NCBI GenBank assembly: GCA_039096225.1
Contig: JBBPEB010000009.1
Span: forward strand, 1,178,001-1,242,000
Length of the DNA stretch: 64,000 nt
DNA from: Blastocystis sp. Blastoise
Lineage: Eukaryota > Protista > Bigyra: Opalinata
Reading direction: 5' to 3'
Shown here: positions 1 to 15,871 of the stretch, piece by piece
Layout of the letters: each line of letters opens with the position of its first letter
How positions within the stretch are numbered: position 1 is the stretch's first letter
The notes under the pieces: model-generated
Databases searched by the model: none
Told to the model about the DNA's origin: nothing
What the model saw: the letters and a program-made list of their open reading frames with translations, nothing else
Made by a program: the position numbers and the translations under genes

Positions 1-47
1 TTATTATGATTTATATATATATGTTTGTAATGTACATTTTTTTTTAG

Positions 48-282
48 TTATCGCAAATAGTTCAGTATTCACAAATATTGTACAGTTAGTAGTAAAAGAT
101 ACATTTCCATTCTTGAAGAAAATCAAAATATATTTATGCTGTATATTTTTAATATAAAATTTATAATATATATAGCATCATTTGATTTCAATGAAGAAGT
201 GATATTATTACAGTCGTATAATGATACTCATTTATTCTATTGTGAAATTATTCAATGTCGTTTACAAGATGATGATTATTAA
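48..282 (+). CDS. Last two exons of a gene entering from the left edge; possibly LRR-like family
   Basis: ttttag|exon (…DTFPFLKKIKIYLC)|gtatat…atag|exon (…CRLQDDDY TAA at 280-282). The FPxLkkI motif resembles the family at 3.8-7.7 kb. Confidence 0.45.
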
Positions 283-648
283 AGTAATTATAAATAATTA
301 TAAATATTTATTTATATGTATGATATTTATTTATGGGTTTATTAAGTTGTTAATGGATATTTTGTAGAAATTTATTGTAGTTATATTTGTTGTTTATAAA
401 AAATATTATATGCAATTAATTCCAAAGATTTTTGTATAGAAATGTTATTTTGTAATTATAAATTTTTATTCATTCTAAACTATTCAGTAAAATAGATTAA
501 AAATATTCATTAAAGACTATATTATATAAGATATGATTAAAAACTAAAAGAAAAACATATATATAAATATTATAATGGATATAAAACAAAGTATATATAT
601 AAATGAATGTATATAAAAAGTGTGTTGCGAATATAAATATGCAACTAT

Positions 649-2231
649 TTAAATATAAATTCTTCCCCAGACTTCATAATCTTCTACTGTAAAATCATTA
701 ACAGAATTAGCATTATTAGTATTCACAAATAATGATGATTCTTGAGGAGTATTTATCTCTGCATAGCGTGTTGCATTACAATAAGAATTAGTATTACTAT
801 GACATTGATCACATATCGTTATATCACCACCAGATCCAAATACTGGACCATATGAAGAATTACAATATATAGCTTTACTTCTATCACTATTTGTATAATC
901 ATATTGAGCAGGAGGAATATTATGTTCATTACTTAATGTAAATAGAAACTCTTTAGAATAAGGTTTCCAACCTATATAAATGATATTGAATAATTAATAA
1001 AAAATAAATATACCAGTTGAACTATCCCAAATATTATCTGTATATCCTCCAAATATATTAATATTATTATTATGACCTTTATGTTTGATTATAGTCACTG
1101 TTTCTCCTTTATTATCACAATATTTATGGAATTCACTTACTTTATATTCATGTTCACTTGCTCTATATATATAAAATAATATAATATAATATAAATATAC
1201 CTAAATAACAATTTCCATTTCTTTTCTTTACCAAGCCAATTTACTAAAGGAGTTTCAAAACATTTCTTCTCAATTATTTTTGAGTTTATAAATACAGTTG
1301 GTTTTCCTATCATTGCTTCTTTCACAGCTTCCTTTCCTTGATCACCAAATAATTCAACCATTTCGTTCTCTAATAAATCCTTATTAATATCAATAATCTT
1401 TTCTTCTTCTATATCTATATATCCATTATTCACATATTCATTAATATATTCAATATATTCATATTTCTTATCAATATATAAACTATCTTCAATATTATTA
1501 TAATCAATAAATCCATTATCGTAATTTTTAACATAATTATTCCATAATCCATTCTTTATGAAATATTCTTTAATAATATCATTCTTATTTCCATTAATAA
1601 TCAAACTTATTTCATCTCCTTCTTCATATTTCTTCATCTTTCGATCTCTTCTTTCTCTACAATTGATTAATTCTATAGGAATTACTAAGCCACAAAATTC
1701 AAATAAATTCAATAATTCTAATTGTTCTTCATAAGAAAAATGATCAAAATCTACTTTCTTTCCATTCAAATAATCTAATAAATAATAAATAAAAGCATCA
1801 TTACCTCTATAATCAAGATATATAGATCCATCATTTGTTCTTTTTTCTTCTTCGCGTTGATCATCTATAAAAGAACCTTTCAAAGTATCTAAAACAGATT
1901 TCGATATTTGAAATACAGGACCTCTATTCGTAAACTGAATTAAATCATTATCATTATCATTATTATCATCCATATCCATCTTCATATCTTCATTATTATT
2001 CCTTTCATAAACACATTTCTTTTCAAATTCATTTCATTCGCCTTCCTTTTCAATACAATCATTTCCAATATGTTTAATAAGTCTATTAATCGATATTCCA
2101 GAATGTATTCCAAGATTCATTACTGATCCAAATACATTAACTACATCTTTCATCAATTCTTCATATATATTGATATCTTCCTTCAATCTATTGAATTTAT
2201 CAATATCAAATAACACCTTTTCTTTCACCAT
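649..2231 (-). pseudogene. BTB/POZ-like + TLDc domain protein, copy 1, interrupted by an in-frame TGA (2034-2036)
   Basis: ATG at 2231 (MVKEKVLFD). BTB-like segment FQISKSVLDTL…DGSIYLDY. TLDc motifs WKLLFR|ASEH, IFGGYT, GPVFG, DYEVWG across two GT-AG introns. TAA at 649-651. ORFs 2034..2258 and 1137..1985 are in the same frame. Confidence 0.75.
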
Positions 2232-3777
2232 TAATGAAATAATGCCAATTAAATACAAATAGTTGTTTCCCCTGTTTATTTTAAATTTTTAAAATTTCTT
2301 TTATTTTTTCGTTATTCTATTATTATTCATACATAATAATTAATATTATATTAATATTCCATATGATCTACAAAAAAATGCTATTAGTTTCTTAAAATAA
2401 AAACTTCACTATGGATCTTTACCTCATTGATTACTTGAAATAAATAATTGAGTATTAGTTAGAAATATAGAGGATGCTGAAGACAGAGTGGTATGCTGAA
2501 TTAGTATATATCTCTTGATTATTTTTCATTTTGATTAATAAATCTCTTATTTTAAGTATATGAATTTTTATTTTTATTTATATGATATACACATATTTAT
2601 ATATACTAATTATTATTATCTAGAAATGAATAACTATATTTTCTTGTAATCATTCCTGATTTCGGACTGAATTTAATAGATTATTATTTATTTTTATATC
2701 ATATTTATGAAATATGTTTCTAATCCTCTAATAGTATCTCTTGTATTGTCTGTTGATACAATTATCTCACCTTTTTTCAGTCTCCTTTTCTTACTCTTCC
2801 ATTTCTATTTTTATTTATTCTATACAATAATTTTTTAATATCTAAAAATCATACTCATAATTATAGTATATACTATATTATCTATATATATGATGAATAA
2901 CAACTATTTTTTGATATTTTATTCAATAATATATTATTGGTAATAGAAATGTATATAGTTTATAAATGTTGCTTATATATCAATAGATACATATAACTAA
3001 ATATAATTTTATTTTACCTATAATTATCCGTAATTCTCAAATAATTTTCTATATTTAAAAATTATTAAATATATATATATTTTAATAAGAGTAAAATCAG
3101 GAAATATTTTTTATTCTCATTGTATTTTTTATAAAATATATTTCTTGTCAAAATAGAATAGTATTAGTATGCTTACATTCATTAGTATTTATATTTAATT
3201 ATATTTATATTAAAACTTCATTATAAACTATTATATATACTGAAAATGAAAAATATGTTTCAGTAAATAATATGTTTTTAAGTTCTTTAGAACACTTGTT
3301 GAAAAAATATTTTATTAAATATAAAAAAAGTTATATACAAAACATGAACAAAAGCAAAAACAAAAAAGAATTATTTATAGTCTTATAATATATAATAAAT
3401 TGTTTATCAAGAAAGTCATTAACTAATCTATTCTATAAAACTAATGTTAAAAACATTGTTAATATACTTGAAGATATCATTGTAATAATGACAATTCTGT
3501 AGAAATATTTATATAGTTTATACATAGTGAATACAAATTAATTCACAATATACACTAAATACTATAATATATATATCATTTATATATGTTACTAAAATAT
3601 ATATATTTTTTTTGAGTCACTAGTATTTTCTTATTTTGAAATAAAACAAGAAACGATATACTTAATATATATTTATATATATACTTTATAACATTACTAA
3701 AAAAAACATGAAAAAACATGAAAAAAAGTAAAAATAAATAAATAATAAAAGATATAAAAATGGTATATACAAGAGAA

Positions 3778-4451
3778 TTAATAAAATGTATCAAATTCAT
3801 AACTAACATGATTTTCCTGAATAAATAAAGAATCACTCAATTGTTGTTTATACATAATAATTTGTTCATCTGAAATGTCTTTATCTATATAATATAATAA
3901 TATGAGATATAAATGATTATATGCATACTGATATTCATAATACACTCTTCTAATTGAGGAATCTTTCCAGTAGTAATAAAATCAATTAGTTTCGATAATT
4001 GTTCCTCATCATAAATATCTATAACAAAGAAATATTATTTAGAAAAATTATATATGAATACATATTATTAGATATGTTAGATTTTGAGCTTTATTATCAT
4101 TTATACAATTAAATAACTCTTGTATCTCAGATTTACTAATCTCTTCATCTATATATACATAATATGTTGTTATATATATATATATACCTTTTGTTCCATA
4201 AAATGCACCCATAAATGAATTACTATTATATTTAAATCGGAAAATTGAATTATTTGGATCATAAATATACTCAGTAATCCAATAATGATCTATAGAAATA
4301 TAATATATATGAATATAAATAGAATTAATATTATTATTTATGACATACCACCTAATTGAACAATACTTGAAGATGGAAAGTTATTATTATTCATAAAAGT
4401 ATAAAATGTTTTAATAAAAGAACTCCGCCATCTGTCTACACGAGAACCATC

Positions 4452-4482
<31 letters not shown>

Positions 4483-4972
4483 ATAATAATTTGTATTATT
4501 ATATACAATAAAAATATATATAGTATATACATGATATATAATAAGAATAGTAATATATATATATACAAAACTGGATATATTTTAGTTGAGGGAAATTATC
4601 TGTAGTATATAATTTGAAAAAGTTTTCATCTGATACATCATCAATAGACACAGAATCAAGATCTAAATTAATATTCATAAAAGAATTAGGATGAAATACA
4701 TAATATATTATAATTAAATAATATATATAAAATGTATACGTAGAATTAATTGAGTTGTATTATGGAAACAACCTTTATGAATTAATCGATTTATAGAAGT
4801 CATAGTCCAATCTAATAATAATAGTTAAATTAATTAAATATTCTATTACTAATTATATATATATATATATATAATTACATTCGATATCTACAATAGAAGC
4901 CTTAGGAATTAATTTCTCCATAATATTTTCATATACAGTAAAACCTTCAGAGGATGTGTTAAGGCTGATATC

Positions 4973-5061
<89 letters not shown>

Positions 5062-7174
5062 TATTTTATAATATAAATTACAATCAATTGTTAATTCATG
5101 AATATTATTAAACTTATTATCATTAAAAAGAGTTGATATCCATTCTAAATATTCTATACTTAACAAAGTATCAACTATAGATATTATGCAAAGAATTATA
5201 TAGATATAGATATATAGAATATACATAAAATAAATAACTTTTTCAAATTTTTTAATTTATTACTCTTTAAGAATCTTTCTAATGAATTTTTTTTATCAAT
5301 TTCATCTGGATTATTATTATTATTATTATTATCATTATTATCATTATCTTCAATATAATCAATATCATCACCTATAAATGAATAAATAGTAATATCATTA
5401 TTATATATAAACAATTTCTATTTTACATATAAAATAAATACGTAGAAATGATATAGCTGAGTTCTCAATATTTTTCTTATAGTTTTCAAAATACTCTAAT
5501 ATCTTTATATTTTTTGAACATGAAGAATAAACTTTAGAGTATATATATAAAATAAAATTTTAAAAATTAATATATATATATATGTCATACTAGAAATAAT
5601 ATCAAAGGTTATAAGATCTTTCTCAAATAATTCATTTAGATGAGGAAAACAATAAAACCACTCAGCTATATACAAAGTCAATAGATATCATTAATTATAT
5701 AGATAGTATTATGATCTTAAATTTCAATATATATAATACGTATATATGTGCCACTTATATTAATATGAATTGAATGAGTATAAATTATATTATCTAAAAA
5801 GAAAAACATTTCCTTTTTATTATCACACTCAATATAGTCTATTCGAATAGTATCAATCATTGATATTAAATTATCAGGAAATAGAGAATCAAAATTTTCA
5901 GTAGCTAAATTAAGAATAATAATTTTTTTATTAACATATAAATATACTTATAAAAATATTATAGTTGATAATATGTAATTTTGGGAAACATTCCTTTTTT
6001 AGTAAAGATAATTTAAACGATTCTATATATATAATATATAATATTGATTCTATTATTATATATATACGATCATCATAGATAAGTTCAGTAACATTTGGAA
6101 GTACATGAGTTGTCATTATTTTCATAAATAGACTCTCATCAATTTCATTAGTCAATTCTTTAACTATATAGAATGATAATATTAATAATGATAATACAAT
6201 ATAATACTCCATCGAACACTTAATGCAGTTAAAGAATCGAAAAGTTCTTCTTCAAGTAATTTCATAACAATAAAAGGATTATATTGAGTAGAATAATCTA
6301 AAACATATTATTTAATTTATATTATATATCTATTTACCTTTATTTAAAATGATTTTTGAAATAGACAAATAGGAAGGAAGAAGTAATAATTGAGCAATAC
6401 CATATATAGAAGATACTCCATTAATTCTATATAAGATATATAAGTATAAAGTATATAATATGAAATAATAATAGTATTTACATGAATGTTTTATCATTTG
6501 TTTTATCTATATATAATAATAATAAATGAAATAATATTATAATTATATATATACCATCATATTTAATACTGACTGTATCTATTAATGTATATTCATTGAC
6601 TATTTCATTTATTTCTACTTCTGAATAATCATTTGTATATATAGCTTCATTAACTATATATTTATATAATTTAGGTAATTCATTCTTTTCTCTTCTTTTA
6701 TTATACGAATCAATCAGTTTTTGTGAATAATATATTTTATTAAGATCTAAAGAAGAAATCTTATTATATTCATTCATTTCTGATTCAGTGTAATACTCAT
6801 ATTTTTCAGGATTCTCTATTTCATAATCATTATTAGAGAATAGGCGAATATATTCCATTATATATTCATCATTATTTGGATTTAATAATAGTTCAGTTTT
6901 CTTATAATGTGTAGTTACTATATATATTTATTAATAATATATATATATACATATACCATTTATTTTTGATTCTTCTAATGAAGGAAATATATCTTTAATA
7001 TTTGATGGACACATATATTCTATTGGAATATTTGATGAATAATCATCTATATATATAGTATTATTTAGGGTATATTAAATATATATACATGTAATTTCAA
7101 CTTTAGTAATATTCATCATTTTATTAAGAAGAGAATAATATAATAATTCATCTTTTCGTTGAGGAGAAAATAAT

Positions 7175-7246
<72 letters not shown>

Positions 7247-7750
7247 ATTTATATGTATTTTTTTCTTCCCTAAATTGAATAATTCTACAGGAATAATATT
7301 CTTCTCAATAATTTCCATATCATCTACATATTCATATACACTATACTTATTTTCTTTTAAATATTTGTAGAATAATTCTTTAATATGGTATAATAAATCA
7401 ATTGCTTTATTATTTTTTAGATCTACTGAGTACTCAACAAGTGTTTTATATATATCATAACTATCTTTCAAATTTAAAGAAGAGATATCCACGTTATCTT
7501 CCATTAAAAACTGAATCATTTTTTCCATATGAAAAGGAAGCATATCTATATAATAAATACAATCCTTATCTATATCAGTGTGTTTAATAGCATCATAAAA
7601 GGGTAACATGGGATATTTCTTAATAAATTCTTTAGAAATCCATAATTGCGTCTCATCTTGAAATGTAAACAAATCTAAAAGCATATAAATATCTAATATT
7701 CATAAATGTATACATTTATCTTCAGCTAATTCGGCTATGACTTCTGACAT
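3778..7750 (-). CDS. Multi-exon lineage-specific protein, N-terminal BTB-like region and degenerate LRR-like repeats, copy 1
   Basis: ATG 7750 (MSEVIAELAEDK|YLFTFQDE). Many GT-AG introns. Recurrent FPxLxxI motifs (FPKLHII, FPQLKYI, IPQLEEC). TAA 3778-3780. Clear paralog at 11.9-15.9 kb. Not every junction was verified. Confidence 0.65.
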
Positions 7751-8983
7751 GACTTATTAAACTATATAAACAATGATCATAAAATGAAATGAAGAAACGA
7801 CACTATTTAAAAGTATATAATATATAGATTCATGAAATTTACCGTAATAAACTAAATTTAAGACAATATTTAAATTATTTGTGAAACAACAAAATAAAAT
7901 AAATATGAAATAAGTTTTTTATTTCAATACAAAAACTAGTTTTTTTTTTCTAGTATTTCTTAATTATCATAAAAAGTGAAAAAATTATGATTAAGTGATA
8001 AGATTTGCTTCATAACCGCAATTTTTCCACAATTATTTTTTAAAATGAAAAATAGAAAATAATCAAGATTTTTCCAATTTTTTATTTCTTTTTTTTAATC
8101 ATTATGTTTAAGCCGTTTATATTAATAATATTTGCATTGATTGAATTCTTGAGGTTGTACTTGCTATCTACTATTTATTTGGAATGTATTGTAGAAATGA
8201 ATAAGAGAATTATTGTCGGTGAGTAGCTACTTATTGACTTATAGTTTATCTATGATATTCATCATATTGTCACAACTATGGTGAGCATTTTAAATACATT
8301 ATTTCAATAAAATTATGAACTACACTTGATCTTTTGTACAATGAGTTGAAAATAAGAAAAAACAAATATTATAAGTATGTTATTATTATTTGAAATATTT
8401 AATTATAATGAATTTAATATCTTATTATACGATAATTAATAAGAAATATAATTATTTTCTGTTTAAAAGAAAGAAATCTTCTTAATAGTTTATTTTTTTT
8501 TTTTTGATTATGAAAATAGATTATCTAAAGCATTTTAATGTAAAGATAGATAGATTAAAATAATAATTAATAAGTTGGTATATATAAACAAACCATATAC
8601 TTAATTTTTATACTATTTGTAATAACAGCAACTGAATGTATTTTTAACAAATATAAATATAAGTGAATGCCAAAAAAAAAATCAAATATTTAAAAGAATT
8701 TATATATATATTATTTTAAATAATTTATATATGTCAATCCTTTTATATAGCATATGAGAAAGAACTCAATTTAAAAAAATACAAAATTTTTATTAAATTC
8801 AATTTTGAAACTAAACTCATTAATAAACATAAACATATAATTAAAATAGACACTTTTAAAAATAATTAAATATATTAATAATAATAATAAAACATTAATT
8901 GTTAAAAAAATAAATGTAACAAAAAATATACATATATAAATTTATCTGAAAAAAATAATTTAAAAAAATATTGATACTTGTTC

Positions 8984-10604
8984 TTAAACTCTTCCCCATA
9001 CTTCATAATCTTCGACTGTAAAGTCATTTCTAGAATCACCATTATCAGTATTAACAAATAATGATGATTTTTGAAGAGTATTGAGTGTATCATAAGAACA
9101 TGCACTACAATAAGAACTAGCATTACTATGACATTGATTAGATATATAGATATCACTATTTCCAAATGTAGGACCACATGAAGAAGAACAATATATAGCA
9201 TTACTTCCATTACCACTTATATTATCATATTTAGTAGGAGGAATACCATGTTCATTAATTAGAGTAAATAGAAACTCCTTTGAATAAGGTTTATAAACTA
9301 TATAAATTATATTGAATAATTATACTGAATAATTATGTAAAATAAATAAATATATATACTATTTGAATCAGCCCAACTTTGATCAGTATATCCTCCAAAT
9401 ATATTAATATGATTATTATGACCTTTATGTTTGATTAAAGTCACTGTTTCTCCTTTATAATCACAAAAAAAATGAAATTCACATGCGTTATAATGATGTT
9501 CACTTGCTCTATATATATATAAATATAATACATAATAATAATAATATATAAATAATCATACCTGAATAATAATTTCCATTTCTTTTCAGTTCCAAGCCAA
9601 TTCATTAAGGAGGTTTCTATCATTTTATTAACTAGTATTTTTGTACCTTTAAAGCATTCTAAAGGAATCATTGCTTCTTTAGCAGCTTCCTTTCCTTTTT
9701 CACCAAATAATTCAATCATTTCTTTCTCTAATAATTTTTTATTAATAGTAATTATATTATATTCTTCTTTATTTATAAAACCATTATTTACATATTGAGT
9801 AATTTGTTCAATATATTTGAATGTTTTATTCACATATAAACTATCAGTTAGATGATTATAATCAGCATATCCATTATCATAATTCTTAACATAATCATTC
9901 CATAATCCACTCTTTATTAAATATTCTTTAATAATATCATTCTTATTGCCATTAATAATCAAATCTATTTCATCTTCTTCTTCAAGTTTCTTTTTCTTTA
10001 TATCTCTTCTTTCTCTACAATTTATTAATTCTATAGGAATCACTAATTCACAATATTCAAATAATTCTAATATTTCTAATTGTTGTTCATAAGAAAATTG
10101 AGTAAAATTGACTTTCTTTCCATTCAAATAATCTAATAAAATATAAGCAGCAGCATCATTTCCAGGATAATCAAGAAATATAGATCCATCATCTGTTCTA
10201 AGGTATTCTTCACATTGCTCTTGAATAAAAGAACGTTTCAAAGTATCTAAAATAGATTTCGATATTTGAAATACAGGACCACTATTTGTAAATCGTATCA
10301 AATCCATGTTATCATCATCACATTCATCGTGATATTTACGCTTATTCATATAATTATTTTTAATATTCTCTTCAGGGAAATCATCAAAAGAAGAAAAATC
10401 ACCAGCTAATTTAGGTTTATTTTCACTATAATCATTTCCAATATGTTTTATAAGTCTATTAATCGATATTCCAGAATGTATACCAAGATTCATTAAAGAA
10501 GAGAAAACACTAATTATATCTTTCATTAATTCTTCAAATACATTGATATCTTCCTTCAATATATTAATCTTTTCAGTATCAAATAATATATTTTCTTTCG
10601 CCAT
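8984..10604 (-). CDS. BTB/POZ-like + TLDc domain protein, copy 2 (intact)
   Basis: ATG 10604 (MAKENILFD). Same exon structure as copy 1, with WKLLFR|ASEH, IFGGYT, GPTFG and DYEVWGRV then TAA 8984-8986. Confidence 0.8.
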
Positions 10605-11911
10605 TTTCAAAAATAAAGAAATAAAAATAAATATAAAATTTTGTTATTTTAAAAAATAAACAAAAGAATTCACTACTAAGAAATTCTAGTTAAAAACTGA
10701 ATATGGAGAATACGTTAATTTACATTTAAAGTTTTAAAATAATCGTGAATATTTATTAGTTTTCTTTTTCATAATGTTTGATTATTCTCGTTTTATTACT
10801 TGAATTTAATAAAAAATCATGATTTCTAACATTTTTATTTTTTTATTTTACTACGTTATTATTCATTCAGTTATCATGTACAATGATGGTTATCAGACTA
10901 AACTATTTCAGAATGAATGTGATCTACAAGAATATTTTTTAAATAGAGTAAAATAAGGGTAAAATGTAAATTTTCTATTGTGTTAGCTAATATAAGTAGT
11001 TTATTACATACTGATTATAAGTTAAAACATTATTCATATTTATAATTTACAGTAATTATTATAAATATTCTCCTGTATTTTCATTTTGATTTGTAATCTT
11101 CTGAATACGCTCTATTTGAACATTAATTTATATCAATAATACTTAAATATGTCTGATCAATAAAAACCACCTATAATAAGTATGATTATAAATACATTTT
11201 TGGAATCATTCCAATTGTTTTCAATATTTTTATATTTTTATTACTTGTCTATTATTTCTATGTTATATTTCTCTAATTATTTAATAATCAGTTGGTTTCT
11301 ATATATACATTCTTTCTAAACTTTAAATAACAAGCAAATTTTAAAAAATATATACATTTATTACCCAATAGTTTAATCAATTATTAGTATCTGAAAACAG
11401 TTTAATTTATTTAAAAACAAAGTCGTTTCCTTAGTTATAGATCATTGAGTTCTATTTAGTTAACTTTAAAACTATGAATTAATTTATTTTATAAAATAAT
11501 CATTTTCTTTCATTCTTTAGAGTTTTTATAATATACAAAAATACATATTTTATGATTCATTTATTTCTTACAAAAAAAATTTGTTATTCCATTATTTTAG
11601 TTCTTATTCATTTAAAGAAAATATTTTTTTGAATATTCTTCTTCGTATGTTGTTAACATATCAAGATCAAATAACCAGAAAAAAAGCTATATTAAAAAAA
11701 TGAAATTTTAGTATATACTATTTTATGATCTCTTTTGGTGTATCTAAGTTGGAGAGTTTTTTCATTAATTAAGATAATTTATTAAATTTAGGAACTTTTT
11801 TTTTGCTTATGCAATAACTAAGTTCATTTAATAAACGACATCAATCTTTAATACTACTTGTTTAATACTTTAAAAATAACAAAATAATAGCATATCTATA
11901 GAATAATAATA

Positions 11912-14900
11912 CTAAATAGTTTTAAATTTATAATAAACATGATTTTTCTGAATAAACGATGAATCTTTCAACTGTTGTTCATTCACATTCATTTGTTTAT
12001 ATGATATACCAATACCTATATTATTTATTGTATTCATATAAATAATTATATATATATACTTGTATGAACAATAAACTCTTTCAATATAGGAATCTTTCCA
12101 GTAATAATATAATTAATAAATTTTGATAATTGTTTGTCATTATAAATATCTATAAAAAAAATTAAATATTATATCAATATTTAATATTAATATACATATT
12201 TCAAAATATCTACAGTTTTGAGTTCTATTTTCGTTAATACAATCAAATAATGTTTCAATCTCATATTTATTGATCAATTGATCTATATATAAATATATAC
12301 TAGGCTAGCTATTATACATATATATACTTTCTGTTCCAATAATTGATTCAATAGATGAACTATTATCATATTTACATCGAAAAATAGAAGTATTGGGATT
12401 ATAAATATAATTATCACCAGAATAACTGTCTATATAAAAAATAATAATATAAATTTATATAAATATTCTTATTCTTATTAGTATACCCATTATTTTTATT
12501 GCAGTTAATATTGGAAAGTTATTATTACAAATATATTTATATAATTCTTGAATAAAGATAATTAACAACTCTTTATCCCAATATTTACCTATTGATATAT
12601 AAAATATTTAATAAAAAATAATAATTATATCATAAAACTTAATTTATAAATATTTATAATACAATATATTATTAATATATACGTAACTCGATATATTTTA
12701 ATTGATGGAAATTGTTTGTAGTATATAGTATATAAAAGTTATCATCAGGTAGATCATAAGCTTCTAGAATTATGTTAATATCAACATAATATAGTACATT
12801 ATATATAATCATTGAAAAGTAATATGTTTATATAATATATATACCTAGAGTTAATTGAGTAGTATTAAGAAAACAATTAGTAATAATTAATTTGTTTATA
12901 AAAGTTATATAGCAATCTAAGAATAGTTGTGAAATTAATTAATACATTATTATATACTATCCTGTTTATATATATAAATACATACATTTTATTGTGACAG
13001 TAGAAGCCTTAGGAATTATTTTCTTTAATATAGTCTCATATACCGTTAAATATGCAGGTGATAAGTCTTTCTTAATAAAATATACTATATATATATATAT
13101 ACTAAATAATATAATATACAATCAATTGCTAGTTCATGAATAGTTTTAAATTTATTATCATTAAACAGAGTTGATATCCATGTTAAATAGTTTATATTCA
13201 TAGTTTTACTAACTATAGAGATCATATAAAGTATAATACTTATCTAAATATAAAGAAAGAATATACATGAAATAGTTAAATCACTTAAATGTTCTAATAA
13301 ATGACTTTTAAAAAAGATTTCTAAAGATTCTTTCATATCAATTTCATTTGGATTATTATTATCATATTCTTCATTGTCTATAAATGAATAAATAGTAGTA
13401 TAAATATTATATGTCAACTATGTATTTCTTTAATATATAGGAATACTATTTAGTTTTATTTTTAAAGAATTAATGTTTTGTTTATAATTTATAAAATAAT
13501 CTAATTTTTTGATATTTACAAAATTAGAAGAATCAACTATATAATAGAGAATATAGTATACTAGAAATGAATAAATAGGAAATTTATATATATACTATAA
13601 AGTTCATGAATAAATAGAAGATCGTTCTCAATTAATTCATTTAAATGTGGAAAATAATAAATCAAATTATCTATATAAAAACAACGAAATATAATTAATT
13701 ATAGGTTTATAGTTTTATAGTCTGAATTATATAGATATTAATCATAATAATATATATATATATATATACATACCTATTCCATCAATATAAATACTATGAG
13801 TATATATTAAATTATCTAAAAGAGAAGCTATTTCTGGTTTATGGCTATTATCAATATCATGTATATGAATAGTATCTATTAGAGATATTAAATTCTTAGG
13901 AAATAATGAACCAAAATTATCAATTGCTAGATTAAGAATAATAGTTTTTTATTAATATATATAAGTTTACTTATATCAATCTCATATTGGATAATATGTA
14001 AATTTGGGAAGCATTGTTTCTTTATTAAAGATAATTGGAATGATTCTATATATATATATATATATATATATACTAATATATATACCATAATCATATATAA
14101 TTTCAGTAACATTTGGAAAAATATGAGTATTCATTATTTTAATATAAGAATTATGATTAGTTTTATCAGCTAATCCTTTAACTATATTAAATGATAGTAT
14201 GAATAATAATAATTATAAATACTCCATTTTACACTTAATATAGTTAAAGAATCAAAAACACCATCTTCTAGTGATTTCATAACAATTAAAGAAGCAAATC
14301 TTTTATAAATATCTAAAATAAAATAGTATTTATATTTTTAGATATATTTACCTGTATCAAACATTATTTTTGTAATAGAATAATATGAAAGAAGACTCAA
14401 TAATTGAGATATACCATAATTAGAAAAAATTGATTGAATACTATTTAATATATGTATATTTTAAATAGACTTATTATAAAAATATAATATTAAATAATAA
14501 TAATTATATACTAGAATGTTTTATCATTGGTGTTCTCTATATAATAATCAAGTTATATGTTATTATAATATATATATATACCATCAAATTGAATCATGAT
14601 TCTATCTTTTATTATATCTTCATCGATCGACTTATTTATGTCTACTTCTGAATAATCATTTGTATATATTGCTTCATTAATTACATTTTTATATAATTTC
14701 GGTAATTGATTGTCTTCTTTTCTTTTATTATAACTCCAAAGAAGATCATTAGAACATTTTAATTTATTAGTATTAACCAAAGAAATATTATTATATTCAT
14801 TCATTTCTCTTTCTGTATAATAATCATATGTTTCAGAATTATCTATATTATTTCCATATCTATATAATAGATGAATATATCTTTTTATATATTCATTACT

Positions 14901-15298
14901 ATTTGGATTTAATAATACTTCACTTTCTTTATAATTTGTAATTACTATATATTTTTTGTTTATATATATATTTGGTTATATATTTTTTTGTTTATATATA
15001 TATATTTGGTTATATATTTGTTATATTTTTTGTTTATATATATATATATTTGTTTATATATATAATTTATATATATATACCAGTTATTATTAATTCTTTT
15101 AAAGAAGGGAATATATCTTTAATACACGATGGACATATATATTCTAATGGAATATTTGAGGAATATTGATCTATATATTATGTAATTGTAATTAAATTAC
15201 TATATATATACATTCAATATCCACTTTAGTAATATTCATCATTCTAAAAAGAAACAAAAAATAGAATAATTTTTCTTTTCGTTGAGTTGTAAATAATC

Positions 15299-15353
<55 letters not shown>

Positions 15354-15871
15354 ATTATTATATATACCATTTATATGTATTTCTTTCTCTTCTGAATTAA
15401 ATAATTCCATGGGAATATTGACATTTTCATGACGTTTGATAGACTCTACATATTTATATATACTATAATGATTCTCATTCAAATAATTATTGAATAATTC
15501 CTTAATATGGCATAATAAATCACTTTTCTTTTCATTATCAATCGAAATTGAATACACAAGAAATAGTTGATATATGTCGAAACTTTCTTTCAAATCTAAT
15601 GAAGAAATATCCATATTATCTTCCATAAAAAAATGAATCATTTTTTCTGTGTTAAATGAAGGCATATCTACATAATAACTACCATCATCATATCTATCAG
15701 ACTGCTGAACAATATCATAAAAGGGAAACTCAGGATATTTCTCAATAAATTTTTTAGGAATCCAAAATTTCGTCTCGTCTTGAAATGTGAACAAATCTAA
15801 TAATATATAAATATTCTATATTTATATGCAGTACATTCCTGTTCCAATGATTCGGCTGCACACTCTGACAT
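11912..15871 (-). CDS. Multi-exon BTB-like/LRR-like protein, copy 2
   Basis: ATG 15871 (MSECAAESLEQE|YLFTFQDE). Shares blocks (NEAIYTNDYSEV, FIQ.NHV.Y.F) and intron positions with copy 1. TAG 11912-11914. Confidence 0.65.

Larger units (their letters stand above)
649..15871 (-). repeat. Diverged tandem duplication of a ~8.2-kb two-gene unit
   Basis: Gene order TLDc, LRR-like, TLDc, LRR-like on the same strand. Exons are alignable; intergenic DNA is not. Confidence 0.85.
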
